The notes: generated by a model from the letters alone, not told the origin. Counted from the first letter of the whole stretch, positions 38,501 to 52,237 are shown. The stretch is 63,930 nucleotides of DNA, filler included, from Octopus bimaculoides (GCF_001194135.2; 10 parts of 9 records of this genome joined end to end with filler, not necessarily neighbours in it), one strand, 5' to 3'. Numbers and translations: made by a program.

Positions 38501-39638
38501 GAGAACTAATGAAAAACCCACAACTCCTATATTTAAATTTTAATATATTCATTGCGTACATTGCATAATTTGTATGTATCATTAAATAAAAGACGTTCAT
38601 TCATGAAACGTACGCAACATTGATTTCCCTTTTCTTTTCCTCAATTAAGATAACTATTACTGTAACNNNNNNNNNNNNNNNNNNNNNNNNNNNNNNNNNN
38701 NNNNNNNNNNNNNNNNNNNNNNNNNNNNNNNNNNNNNNNNNNNNNNNNNNNNNNNNNNNNNNNNNNNNNNNNNNNNNNNNNNNNNNNNNNNNNNNNNNNN
38801 NNNNNNNNNNNNNNNNNNNNNNNNNNNNNNNNNNNNNNNNNNNNNNNNNNNNNNNNNNNNNNNNNNNNNNNNNNNNNNNNNNNNNNNNNNNNNNNNNNNN
38901 NNNNNNNNNNNNNNNNNNNNNNNNNNNNNNNNNNNNNNNNNNNNNNNNNNNNNNNNNNNNNNNNNNNNNNNNNNNNNNNNNNNNNNNNNNNNNNNNNNNN
39001 NNNNNNNNNNNNNNNNNNNNNNNNNNNNNNNNNNNNNNNNNNNNNNNNNNNNNNNNNNNNNNNNNNNNNNNNNNNNNNNNNNNNNNNNNNNNNNNNNNNN
39101 NNNNNNNNNNNNNNNNNNNNNNNNNNNNNNNNNNNNNNNNNNNNNNNNNNNNNNNNNNNNNNNNNNNNNNNNNNNNNNNNNNNNNNNNNNNNNNNNNNNN
39201 NNNNNNNNNNNNNNNNNNNNNNNNNNNNNNNNNNNNNNNNNNNNNNNNNNNNNNNNNNNNNNNNNNNNNNNNNNNNNNNNNNNNNNNNNNNNNNNNNNNN
39301 NNNNNNNNNNNNNNNNNNNNNNNNNNNNNNNNNNNNNNNNNNNNNNNNNNNNNNNNNNNNNNNNNNNNNNNNNNNNNNNNNNNNNNNNNNNNNNNNNNNN
39401 NNNNNNNNNNNNNNNNNNNNNNNNNNNNNNNNNNNNNNNNNNNNNNNNNNNNNNNNNNNNNNNNNNNNNNNNNNNNNNNNNNNNNNNNNNNNNNNNNNNN
39501 NNNNNNNNNNNNNNNNNNNNNNNNNNNNNNNNNNNNNNNNNNNNNNNNNNNNNNNNNNNNNNNNNNNNNNNNNNNNNNNNNNNNNNNNNNNNNNNNNNNN
39601 NNNNNNNNNNNNNNNNNNNNNNNNNNNNNNNNNNNNNN

Positions 39639-39678
<40 letters not shown>

Positions 39679-40138
39679 TATAGATAAATAAATATAGATA
39701 TAGATATAGATAGATACATTATGTATGTATATGTCTGTACACACATAAACATGTACACATATCTCTATATATACTAACCATTTTGAGTTGTCTTGGCTCA
39801 TTTTGATTTCATTTATGCTAATGGTCTAGACCATAAATGCGTTCTAAGCATTCATTCTGATGGAATATAAGATAGTAAAACCACTGCATCGATGTCGTCT
39901 ATTAAAGCCGAAATACTTTTACACAGCTGTGTCCTTGTCTCCAGATAACCAAACTGTCTTGCCTTGATTCTTACAATAACGTCAGCTTCTTTTTTGAGGT
40001 TGGTCTCAGTTATCACCAAGCGATTGTTCTACCTTTTCAGGAAGCAAAGATGATTTCATCAGATCAAGAACTTATGTATTTAATACGCTCTTATTTGTCT
40101 CTGTTATTTAAATACACATCACTGGCCATTATATCCAG

Positions 40139-40189
<51 letters not shown>

Positions 40190-41353
40190 TATTCGACCCA
40201 TATATATCATACACATACATATATACCTACGTATAAAAACATACACACACACAAATACGTATGTGTGTATGTACATGTGTGGTTAATACGTTCGCTTCGT
40301 AATCCATGTTTCACATTCGTCCCTCTGCGTGGTGTCTTGAAAGAATACCCTCTGCCATAGCCTCGGATCGGCTAATGTCTTGTGAGTGAACTTCGCTGTA
40401 GCGGTCGCCATGGCACAAGAATGGGCGCCAACTGCGTTAACATAGTTTTTGGCTGTGTAAAGCTTCAAAGATTTTCCCTTTCACTGATCCCATCCCAGAG
40501 TTAAACGTTCGCTTCATTAATAACTATTTCGGCTCCTTCTCCCTCTCTTAAGGGCTAAACTCTTTCATCTCCCCCACGAGCTCCTTACATTCCCTTTCTC
40601 TTTTTATCTCTTCCCTCTCTGACACTTCACTCTATTATCTAGACATTATCCTTTCTATCGACTATCCCAGCCTCACTTCTGCTTTGTCAAAACCCCACAA
40701 TTCCTACTCCTATCTCAGCATTTCATCCTCCCACCCACATCAAGTGCGTTATCTTCTACTCTAAGTTCTTCCGTTTCTGCTCCCTCAGTAGCCATAACAC
40801 TTGAACGGTCTGTTTATTCACTCACTCCTTTATCCAAGCTGCCCTTTCTTACACCCGTATCACTGACTACACTGTAACCCCCCCCCCCGACCATTTTTTT
40901 TTGCCTCTTCTGCTACCTCCAGCCTAACCTGACTATCNNNNNNNNNNNNNNNNNNNNNNNNNNNNNNNNNNNNNNNNNNNNNNNNNNNNNNNNNNNNNNN
41001 NNNNNNNNNNNNNNNNNNNNNNNNNNNNNNNNNNNNNNNNNNNNNNNNNNNNNNNNNNNNNNNNNNNNNNNNNNNNNNNNNNNNNNNNNNNNNNNNNNNN
41101 NNNNNNNNNNNNNNNNNNNNNNNNNNNNNNNNNNNNNNNNNNNNNNNNNNNNNNNNNNNNNNNNNNNNNNNNNNNNNNNNNNNNNNNNNNNNNNNNNNNN
41201 NNNNNNNNNNNNNNNNNNNNNNNNNNNNNNNNNNNNNNNNNNNNNNNNNNNNNNNNNNNNNNNNNNNNNNNNNNNNNNNNNNNNNNNNNNNNNNNNNNNN
41301 NNNNNNNNNNNNNNNNNNNNNNNNNNNNNNNNNNNNNNNNNNNNNNNNNNNNN

Positions 41354-41850
41354 CGGGTTTCCTGTCCCCGCACAATTATACTCTTCTGACCACTCCATCT
41401 CTTGGTCTTCAGCTTAGATTTCAACCCCGAAACTCACACCTCTTGCTTTCAGAAGGAACATGAACTCATCTTTTTCAGAACTTACATGCCATTTGGTTTA
41501 AATTCACTTCCTCACTCTTTCTAATCTGCAATTCCCTTACTCCCTGCTCCAGAATTACGAACATTGTCCCTCTTCTCCTCTCTCTTTCTTTCTCTGCTGC
41601 AGCTCCACCCGTAGCCTCATCCATACCCCGTCCTCCCACTCCAATATCCACGCCTTACTCGCCGTATTCCTACAGTTACACACTCCCTACACATACACTA
41701 ACTCAAAGCTTCGACATGCACCTGATTACGCACACCTCACTTCTGCCAGCCCTTCTCCTACAGTCACACCCTTTACTTATACACACATTCGTACATCTCT
41801 ATTCACCAAACATTATATCTCTTTGATACTCACATACGCGCACACACCTG
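41354..41850 (+). mobile_element. Penelope-like element C-terminus and 3' region
   Basis: CFQKEHELIFFRTYMPFGLN matches the PLE terminal motif E..LIF...T..P.GLN. Confidence 0.6.
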
Positions 41851-41854
41851 CTCG

Positions 41855-41894
<40 letters not shown>

Positions 41895-41994
41895 NNNNNN
41901 NNNNNNNNNNNNNNNNNNNNNNNNNNNNNNNNNNNNNNTTAATTAATTAANNNNNNNNNNNNNNNNNNNNNNNNNNNNNNNNNNNNNNNNNNNN

Positions 41995-42773
41995 GTCGAA
42001 ACAGTAATAAAGGAACTTGAGCAGGAACAAACCTATAAGAACCTAGGAATAAATGAAGGCTCTGGTATCCAGCATGCAAGCATGAAAGAGAAGGTTAGGA
42101 AGGAATGTTATAGAAGAGTTCGAGCAGTTCTCAAGTCTGAGCTGAATGCATATAATAAGGTGTTAGCCATAAATTCCTTAGCAGTCCCAGTTGTTCTTTA
42201 TAGCTTCAATGTGCTTAACTGGAATACCAGTGAAATAATGAAAATTGATAGAAAAATCCGAAAGTTACTGACTTGTAATAAGATGCACCATCCAAAGGCA
42301 GACGTGGATCGTCTTTACCTTCCCAGAGCTCAGGGAGGGCGGGGTTTGATCCAGCTTGAACTTACGTACAAAACCACCACAATCGGGCTGGCCAAATACC
42401 TTGAAACAACCAACGATTGGATGCTGAAACTTGTTGAAAAACATGAAAGACCGAAAAATCTTCACTCTATTCTGAAAGGGAGCAAAAAATTCGCTACCGA
42501 TCTCTTAGATACCCACCAGCTTGATTAGGTTGAAGGAAATGCGCCAACTGCTGCTGCAAAGAAAATAAAATTAATTGCAAAGACAAAAGCACATGAAAAA
42601 TTAGCTAGCAGATGGGAACAGAAACCTCTGCATGGCAAGTATGTGGCTCGTAGCAAACAAGCTGATGTCGACCAGAAACACACGCATCAATGGTTAGGAA
42701 GCTCAGGGCTAAAAGCAGAGAGCGAAGGTCTCATATTAGCTGCTCAAGACCAAATCTTATTAACCCGAATTTC
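41995..42773 (+). mobile_element. R4/Dong-like LINE, RT C-terminal half
   Basis: ORF 42082-42528: YRRVRAVLKSELNAYNKVLAINSLAVPVVLYSF...HPKADVDRLYLPRAQGGRGL. Confidence 0.9.
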
Positions 42774-43030
42774 TCTATCTTCAGATGCTATAAATCCTTG
42801 CACGAAGATAAGTGATTTGAACATATCCTGAGTGAGATACTAGAGCTTGAAATTTTCGCACATACGATTGACTACTGCGGCGTAGATGATAGAATCATCG
42901 TCCTCATTCTTTGTTAAATTCAAACACTCCATTGTGATGTTGAATAATGTACTTCTATCACGAAAAATAAAGATTTTCCATGACGCAGAAATTGTCAAAT
43001 AACCAATGTGAGTTTCGAACGATTCCTCGT
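42774..43030 (-). mobile_element. Ty3/Gypsy gag-like fragment
   Basis: STLFNITMECLNLTKNEDDDSIIYAAVVNRMCENFKL..TQDMFKSLIFVQG, resembling invertebrate Gypsy gag. Confidence 0.6.
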
Positions 43031-43219
43031 CGCCTCATGTTATATCCTTATGGATAAACGAATACACTGCAACAGTGTAATAACAACATAATTGAAACAA
43101 ACGGCAGTAACCAGACAGAGTGTAGCAACGATCTCTTAAGAATCAACGATCCAACATGCTAATTCGAACTGTAACCTTTGAACTCCAGCTTTGAACTATC
43201 AACACACGAACTGTGGAAC

Positions 43220-44530
43220 TAGCACGGACTCTTTCTTTTATTGGCCACACAGGGCCTAACACAGAGGGGACAGCACATGGTGGGGACAGAAAAAAAAACA
43301 GATGGAAAGAATAGATTAGATAAAATGATAAATGAAATGAAGCCGTTCAGCCCCCACCTCAGAGCGTCTTCATTGAACCTGTTAATACAACATCTTTTTA
43401 AAACATTATTTATAACAGTTTAAAACATTATTTGTAACGTTAACTTTCATCTTCCCGAAGAATGTCTATGTTAAATTTCTTCAAACGTTCAAGATATCTT
43501 ACCCGCTCAAAGTCCTTCTCATAATCCTTTACTCTCGAAAAATACTCTGTATCTGCCACTGCACTCTGAAAGCACTCGGGCAGTCCTCTAATTTCTGTTA
43601 TATTCACTTTTATCGCCTTTCCCATGAGTATATCTCATAAAGTTTTTCATTTTGTCCGTTGTACAGTATGACATATTTTTTCTCACAAGGCAAGGCTGGG
43701 GAAGTTTTGGGCTCATGTATGCTTGTGCTTGTCTTTGTGTCGGGTGGGGCAGGAAGAAGGTTGGTGTCTGTTGGGGAGGTTGGAGTAGAGTGGGTGTGGG
43801 TGGTAATCGGGTGCGTGTTGGATGAGGGTCATCATTTACAATGTGTGCTATTTTCATTCTCTTTCTTTTTTTTTTTTTTTTTTGAAGCCGTTTCTCATCC
43901 GTTCTTTTCTTCGTTCACCTCCTCTTCCTCGGCACTGGTACTGGTTTTCGTCGGTGATGAAGTCACGATTCCCTTCCTGTTCTCCGGTTTCTCTTTAGTC
44001 TTCACGGGTGGCGGAGGACAGTCCGCTCTAATGTGGCCTTTCAGGCTACATTTATAGCATCGCGGGGTCCTGCCTTCTACTCTGACCTTGAATGTCACCT
44101 CTTCGACCGTGATGATCGCGACTATGTTTTCAAGGTTTTCCAGGGCCGCCTCGATTATCATATCTAGGTTCTGTCCTTGCCAGTTCTTATAGGGCTTTCT
44201 GATGGCCTGGAAGACCACTCCCTTCTCTTCCGTGCCCAGCAGTATGGTAGCTACTAGCCATGCTACATCAATTTCTGTGGGTATATCTTCTACACTAACT
44301 CTAGAAGCACGTCTCCCTAGGTATATGGGTAGAAGCACCACTTTATCTGTTTTTAAGGGTGTTGCCGAGTGGAGCCTAGCAGTAGCTACCTCCCGGAACT
44401 GCATCTCCACCAAACTGCACCAAACTTTCTTCCTCTGGCAAGGTAAGAAATCCCTTGCCAGATTGGTTTTAATGACTTTTCGACTTGAGCGGTCGACATG
44501 ATTTCAATTTTCCTTGTTGTCGCTGAGTAC
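43220..44530 (-). mobile_element. Tx1-like element with ORF1 running directly into the 3'UTR (no ORF2)
   Basis: ORF 43895-44413 has an intact CCHC knuckle (CYKCSLKGHIRADC) and is homologous to ORF1 at 15059-15367. The 3' end reads CCCTGTGTGGCCAATAAAGAAAG. Confidence 0.75.
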
Positions 44531-44588
44531 GTCGTGTAAATAATGGCATTTTTCTATTTCTCTCTCTCTCTCCCTCTTTATCTCTCTT

Positions 44589-44625
<37 letters not shown>

Positions 44626-44833
44626 CTATCTCTCTCTTTTAAAACTTCTTTGGGCGAGAGACACGTTTACGTTGTTCCCATCTCTTTTAAGCATTTCTTT
44701 GAATCTACTCAACTTCTCCAGACACACGTCTTCGCTTTTCATTTTTCACCGGCTCTGCATAATTCTTCACCAACATTGCTTCATCTATTCTCTTTAGACT
44801 TTAAACCAGCTCTTCTTCAGACAACCTAAAGTT

Positions 44834-44942
44834 AGAAGAAGAAGAAGAAGAAGAAGAAGAAGAAGAAGAAGAAGAAGAAGAAGAAGAAAAGAAGAAGAAG
44901 AAGAAGAAGAAGAAGAAGAAGAAGAAGAAGAAGAAGAAGAAG

Positions 44943-44986
<44 letters not shown>
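44834..44986. repeat. Compound (GAA)n(CAA)n microsatellite
   Basis: Directly visible. Confidence 0.95.
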
Positions 44987-45339
44987 GAACTCAAACCTTC
45001 GTATTCCATTACGAAGGCACGAACCTACGACGTCCCTCTATCAAACAAAAGGGAAGACGTTGAAAACACGTGTTCCACATACAACAAGACGGAACTAGTA
45101 CGAAGTACCTCACTTACTCAGTCCGCTACTATTTATATGTCGTGGTCCAGTCTATTCTCGCCATGGAGCATCGTACTCTCGCACAACACACACATATATA
45201 TATGTGCATCCACATGACGTTGACAGGTAGGATATATTCCGTTGGATCTACTTTAGAAATTCTGTAATGTTAGTTGAGATAATAATCGACAAGGTTTTGA
45301 ACCATCCTGCGACTGTCCTGCATGGGTAGCTTCTCTAAT

Positions 45340-46187
45340 TTCTGTATTGTCAGAAAATAGAGAATTAGCAGATAGAACGTTTGAGCGCTTGGACGCTAAT
45401 AAGATGGGGGAGGAGGAAATTCAAAGCCAAGAAATCTTGAAATGTGGCATTCATGAAAGGAGGCTAAAACGAAATGAGGTTCAGGACAGGAGGCGAAGAT
45501 ACACCCATGGTAAAAGAACAACCTATAAAAAGTCTCGGCAGATGGTACAGAGATTTATTAAATGATAAAAAGCAAAGCAAAGAAACACACGATTTAGTGG
45601 AACAGCGACTAAAGGCAATTGACAGAACAACATTACCGGGAAAATTCAAATGTTGGATACTGCAATTTGGACTGTATCCAAGGATAATGTGGTCATTACA
45701 AGTGTATGAAATAGCCTCGAGTAGAGTAGAAAGGATGGAACAAAGATGCAGTGTGTTTATCAGAAAATGGCTTGGTCTTCCAAAACCACTGAATACAACT
45801 GCACTATATGGAAAACCCGTGCTGCAACTACCGAGTTGAAGAATATAAGGCAGAAAAGGCGAGGATAGTAATGATGCTAAGGTATTCGAAAGATCAGAAC
45901 ATCTGAGAAAACTCTCCAAAGGTACGAACAGGGAGGAAACGGAATGTGAAAGAGGCAGTAAACAAGGCAATCGGAAAGCTAAGGCACGCCGATATAGTCG
46001 GAGCGACGCAAGAAGCAAGAAGCGGTCTAGAGTTGCACAATTTCAGGCCATTTTGCAAGAGCAGTGTAAAAGGGATGAAAGAGGCAGTGGTATACGAAAT
46101 GAGAAAGGAGGAAGAAAGGCGGAATGTACATTTGGTGCAATGTAGTCATCAGGGACAGTGTCTGAGACGGGAGGAATATATGGTCAG
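45340..46187 (+). mobile_element. Hero/NeSL-group (R2-like) LINE fragment
   Basis: PIKSLGRWY...IDRTTLPGKFKCWILQFGLYPRIMW...IRKWLGLP...LYG..LQLP. Confidence 0.8.
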
Positions 46188-46480
46188 TCTATCTTCAAGT
46201 GTTATAAGTCCTTGCACAAAGATAAGTGATTTGAACATATCCTGAGCGAGATCCTGGAGTTTGAAATTTCCGCACATACGGTTGACTACACCGACGTAGG
46301 TTATACATATACCGGCTGGAAAATAGCGTCGATAGATGTGGCTGACTGGCACTTAAACAGCGTTGCTGCTTGACAGGTGGGCCGAGGGAAAATATCTCGT
46401 TCATTGCATGCCCTCCTCCCCGATAATTCAAAGGCTTGTATCACAAGCCAGCTAGTCAGCTCTGGCTGTTGGAGCTGAAA
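46188..46480 (-). mobile_element. Second Ty3/Gypsy gag-like fragment
   Basis: TYVGVVNRMCGNFKLQDLAQDMFKSLIFVQGL; STLFSSRY. Confidence 0.6.
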
Positions 46481-47149
46481 CTAACACGACTCTGTTAGAG
46501 GTTAGGTCTAGAGAGGGCACGGGTCAAAACAACGCTATCTTCTCCTCCATTGGTCAATTGAAGCTTAGACTGTCACATGGCAGTTAGCTGGCGTTGGCTG
46601 CTGAAGTCTACTGGCGAGTATTTAAAGAGATATTTACCAGTATATATGTATGTATATATATGCATATATAAAATCACATACATATAAACATACATACACT
46701 CGCGCGCGAGCGCACACACACATACACATATATACGTGTGCGTATGTTTGTATGCATGTGTGTATATATGCATATATATGTATAAATATATATATGTATA
46801 CATGTGTACATACATATGTACATGCGTATATGTGTGCAGGTGTGTATGTGTATACATCTGTAAATTAATTTAATTGCAGAGCCAAAAAGAAAAGAATGGA
46901 GTAGGATGCTATAATTATGAATATCTATATGCGTATACGCTTTTGGACATACATATATGTGTGTATGCGTATATATGTAAAAACATATATACACACATAC
47001 ATTTTATTATAATGTAAATTGTAATTATATACAAATTCATTATTATTATATAAATCACCCCATCACAAAAAACAATTCAGTACTAACTAAAATTTCTTTT
47101 AATTTAGAAAGGTGTTCGATAAAATACGAGATGTAAATGAAATTCAATT

Positions 47150-48660
47150 ACATTTCATCCTAACGAAGGAGAATCACTCCAGACCTTTTCGAAAATTGTG
47201 AATTATTATAACGAGAGCGATAGTGAAGGTGAATGAGCTTTGACAAGAAGGTAAAAAGTGGTAAGAGGAGAAAGAAAATGTGAGTGAATGAGGAAAATAA
47301 AAGAATGTACTGAGAAATGTACTAAAAGATGCTGCATTAAAGTGAATAAAGGAAATGGATGAGAGGAGAGATATTAATTTATCACCCAAATAGTATATCT
47401 ATTTCTTAAAAGGGAGTATAAAAGATAAAAGATTGATATGATTTATGTTTTGTCATTTTATTCTGTTTATTGGTTCAGTTTGTTTTTTATCGATTTAATA
47501 AGATCATCAATCGTCAAAAGATGTTGATCATAACTATCATGGTGACTAGGATTTTACTGATGAAGATAAATTTGTTAATGTCAACAGCCAATGGTAGTTT
47601 AACGGTGGCGGTTGTAATAGTGTATTAGTATCGGTGTTTGTGATTCTGCAGAAAGTGATTTCCTGATAGGAGTAGCTCACTTTGATATTATGAGTGTGGA
47701 AGAGTTTGTAATACTTGTGGTCTCTGAAGACGTGTTTCTTAATTAACGACAGGAAGCCCCTAGCTGCGTTGGTAGAAACTTCTAGGTTGAAAGCAGGGTT
47801 ATACCAGAAATTCTCCTGTTTCTAATCCTCTTGTGAGTGGGGAGAGGGGTGTTGAGGATTGTCTACATATGTGAGCTTCTCAGTGAACCCGCTCCTAACC
47901 AAAGCATCTTTGTAGTTGGGGGTGGCCCAATTAAAGATCTCTTTATTGACCGGGAGATTAGATACCCATTTGCTAATGCCTAAAACCAGGTTTCCTTTTA
48001 CAGCGGGGGGACTGGTTTGAGCTCTTGTGGTTGTATACCGTTTCCTCGTCAAGCTTCGTAAAGGACGGATAAAATTTGCCCGTGTTCAGGTCTAAGGTTA
48101 CGTCCAAGAAATCGACTGTAGTCAGGTTGGTGGTAACCGTTATGGACAGGCCAAAATTCTTAAATATTATCATCAAGTCCTTCCAGAACCTGTTCCTGGC
48201 GTGGTCGTTCATATGGCTTGAGATAGCCAGACGGTCGTCCCTACAGAGGGCCGACCTATGTGGATAGGTACGTGTTATGAGGGTATCCAAGATGTATAAC
48301 CCGACGAGTTCACCATAGAGACATTGAACAATGGATCACCTTCTTTCTTCACCCAGAAGGAATCGTTGTGGGCTAGAATTGACGTTCTAGCATTTTTGAC
48401 AATTGTGATATCAAGATCACTAATGCTGTTGTATTACTCATCAAGCGTTAGGGCCTTCAGGAGGAGGGGCTTAGATATGGAAGGGTAAACGTCGTCAATA
48501 TCTAAGTGGGTGAATCTTCAGGCTGATTTATTTTTGATACTGTACAACCAGTCAATCATGGCTGCGCTGGAGTTCCATTGAGTCAACCCTGTAGACCTTC
48601 TTATATAGGAGTTGATAGTATCGAGATTATGTTTGCTAATGATAAGGTGTTTTAATTGAT
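47150..48660 (-). mobile_element. Penelope-like element remnant (RT plus GIY-YIG region)
   Basis: FTHLDIDDVYPSISKPLL; RDDRLAI...TVDFLDVTLDLNTGKFYP; LPVNKEIF...Y.DAL..SGF. Confidence 0.85.
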
Positions 48661-48681
48661 TCTAATGAGAGAAACTAGGCT

Positions 48682-50240
48682 CTAACGTACCCTCGAGCAA
48701 GAAAAATACATATTCTTCTTTAAAGAGTTCTCCCCGGGAGATATCTGAAACTGATCATGAAACAGGTTTATCTTGAATGCATAAATTGCCTTTGGCATCC
48801 ACCTAGCATGGCTTACAGCTCCTGGTGTACGAAACGATATCCCGTTCTTCGGAATGTCGCCAAGAAAGATCATTGTTAACACCAACAATTCTCGATAATC
48901 TTCTAGCTGTTGTTTCTGCGTAGAAAGGTAGTATTCAAGAAATCCAAGAATGTTATAGCAGACATCATCAGGCACTCCATTGCTACCAGTTATGTAAACC
49001 TTCTTGTTGTGTTTCGTCCAGGTTTCTCTAAATCTTTTGAAAAACGTCATGTCTGGACCAGAAGTTGCACCCATCAGTGAGTCGAAACAACTCCTAAAAA
49101 CTAACTAAAAAATGTGATGATGCAAGGGAAGTACAACAGGTCGCGATTGAACAATTTTCCTAGATTCGTACAGGCACCATTTACTCGACCTGTGTTGCTT
49201 GCTGTCGTATCACAGCAAAGTGCCCGATTTTTGTCGGTTATACCCCCACTTCACTGCTTGGTAAAGAGCCATGGCCTGCTGTTCACCTGAAGATGTTGGA
49301 ACTTCACAGACTCCCAACAATTGTTCCTTGTCTTGAAAAGTCACTATTATTGCCAGTCTATCAACCTTTTCAACGCCTGTGAGTGCTGGGAACAACTTTC
49401 CATCCCAGTGCAACACTAATTCTTGACAGTCGTATAGGTTAAACTTGTGCCGTAATTCTGTGTCTTGCTTCTCTAATTTTTTTCTAAGGCGTTGAAAACA
49501 AGTGCGATTTGTTACCAGACTTTCAGTATCACACCTAAATGCCTCTACAGCTGCCATTAATATGTAAACCCCATTTCTGTCAGTGATTAAACACCTATCA
49601 AAAGCTTCAGAGAGACGGGGAGTAAAAAAACTACAATGTACTTCGAGTTGCTGGAATTGCTGTTGCTGCTGCAGTTGTTGCTGTTATTTGTTGGACGATG
49701 ACAGCGGAATTTTCACTGTCGTCACCACCACTGCCTTGGCTGTTTGATGTCGAATCATCAGTTTCTGATGTAGCAAACTAATAAGTAGCAAAATTTTGCT
49801 CCATTTTTTCATAAGACCTTTCTTTCCTGACAGTTTCCACTGAAGTGCGCATCAGCACTCTTTCTTCCTTATGTTTTAGTTTTTTATCTACAACAACTAT
49901 GGAGCCCATCGTCCTTTTTGACGCTGAAGTATTAAGAACTTCTTATCCTCTTCAATTTTCATCGATCTCAAGGCATCTGAATGAGTTGTGTCAAAGAGAT
50001 CGTTCATCATTTCCATAATTTTTTTTCTTTTTTCTTTTTCTTTGCCTGCAGTTCTAGTCAAATGTTTCTGTAAACCTTTCCATTCATCATAGGGTTTGAG
50101 TACTTTATCAACGCAGTGATAAGTTCTGGTAGGAATTTGTTGTAAGATTTACAACTTTTGCATTGTAGAAAAAAAACTTGCCGATTCGATTTGATTGGAA
50201 ATGGAGTCAACAGGAGTCACAGAAGCCACTTCGTATCTGC
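48682..50240 (-). mobile_element. hAT-superfamily (hATm-like) transposase pseudogene
   Basis: DLFDTTHSDAL..KIEEDKKFL..QRQKGR; LVLHWDGKLFP...DRLAI...QLLGV; PGAVSHARWMPKAIYAFKI. Frameshifted. Subfamily assignment is from recall. Confidence 0.7.
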
Positions 50241-50520
50241 ACAAACAGTTCTGAAGGGAAAAAAAGGAAGAATTAATCATCAAAGGCATCATATTTGATC
50301 ACAAAATAAATATACAAAGCACATAACATTATAAAAACGGAAAGGTTATAAACATGAGATTACAACTTTGTCAGGGTTACCAACACAACAGGAGAAGATC
50401 TATATCATAATCTATATCATAAGAAAATGAACGAGTGCTTACAAGTAATTAAAAATAAATTATATTTACAAACTTATATTTACAAACGTGGACAAGTCAT
50501 ATTACTTCACGTATATTTCT

Positions 50521-50722
50521 GTCAGAATCATTAGCACGCCGGGCGAAATGCTTAGCGGTATTTCGTCTATCTTTACGTTCTGAGTTCAAATTCCGCCGAG
50601 GTCGACTTTGCCTTTCATCCTTTCGGAATCAATAAATTAAGTACCAGTTGCGTACTGGGGTCGATCTAATCGAATGACCACTTCCTCAAAATTTCGGGCC
50701 TTGTGCCTAGAGTAGAAAAGAA
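50521..50722 (+). mobile_element. SINE family 2
   Basis: AGAATCATTAGCACGCCGGGCGAAATGC...GCCTTTCATCCTTTCGG...TAAGTACCAG. Confidence 0.85.
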
Positions 50723-50724
50723 TA

Positions 50725-51850
50725 TTTTAATTTTCTACACTACTATTAGGTGCAGTACTCCCTGCCGCAAAAAAGTTCCTATATTCGGGACACTTGATTT
50801 TGTGTCTAAAATCAACAACTTTTTTAAGCATCGAAGGAATGTCGAAAACTGCTTTTTGGTAACCATGGATGTTTCTTCCTTCTGTCCAAATACTGACCAC
50901 GATGAAGGGGTAGAAGCATGCATAGATGCCATCGAAAAGCGGTCAAACAAAAGTATTCCATCAAATTTTCTCTGAATGTTTGTGTTACAATGTAACACAT
51001 TGAAGTTTGGATAAAAATTTTACCACCAAACGAGGGATTGCGCTATGGGTACCCTCATGGCAGTTAATTTTGCTAATGTCTTCATGACGAAATTCGAGAC
51101 AGTTACTGAAGACATTCAAACCCCCACATCGTCATGAATCAATACTCTGATCAGGTCATTTGGGGGGTGTGGGCAGATCACAGGATAGTTTGATTGACTT
51201 CTTGCAATTCTGTGACTTGTGCTAAAACTTATGGCTTTCAACATAAAATTAACGTCTAATTTTCCAAAAATTAGCGTTGATTTTTTTGAGAAAAAAGTTG
51301 TTTTCTGGAAAGAGAATAGTAACAGAGTTATTTTGCAAGCCCACGTCAATCCACGTTTACTTCCACCGCCGCTTCGATCATCCACATCATATAATTCGGT
51401 CAAATCCGAAATCCCAATGTTTCATGATAAACTAGATTTTTATTGATATAGGAAATTACTGGGAACAGCCATTATGTCAAACGCTGTTACAATTAAAGCA
51501 AATGGCAAATTACATAGCTAAGATTAGCAAGGAAGTCAAACTTCCACGCATAATTTTAGCATAGTACAATATGTGATAGAATTCCTTCAGTAATTAACTG
51601 TCACCGAAATTTCGCTGGCATTTCAAAAGTGTTAGATGAAAGTTACCAGCATGATGCAGAAAAATACCCTTGTTTCAAACAAATATTTCTTTAACCGTCT
51701 ATTGTAGCCTTAAGACCTAATAAAAATATACGAGAACAATTAACCTCTACATCTGACTCCAAGAAAAGTAACATTGGAGCATTTGCACGCTGTACCTTGA
51801 AAATCAGCTGCAAGAGAGGTAATGTTTCATGATAAACTAGATTTTTATTG
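50725..51850 (+). mobile_element. Penelope-like element RT remnant
   Basis: LVTMDVSSFCPNTDHDEG...FYHQ...CAMGTLMAVNFANVFM..FE. Confidence 0.85.
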
Positions 51851-52237
51851 CGCAACAACATGAGCCAACAACATAGAGTCCAGTTAAGAATATTGTAACT
51901 GTAACTTATAACTGGGACGTCTAGAGTGTCGGTATATGTTATCTTGTTTTTCTCATTGAGCTGTTTTCAGTATTAATCTAACTCGTCTATAGTATTCTTT
52001 TCTTATCTTCTCTTTCATTTGTGTGTGTTGTATCGTATCTAGTTCATTGATTCCTAAGTATTTGTATGTCTGGCTTTGGTCTAATTCTCTAATTTCATTT
52101 GCTTTATCTAGTGTGATGTTGCTACTCTTTGCTAGTTTTCCTCTTTTCAAGGTTGATTTGGCACTTTTTTCTAAGCCTAATTTCATGTTTATTTCTTTGG
52201 TAAATCAATTTACTGTCTGTAGAAATGGTTCCAGCAG

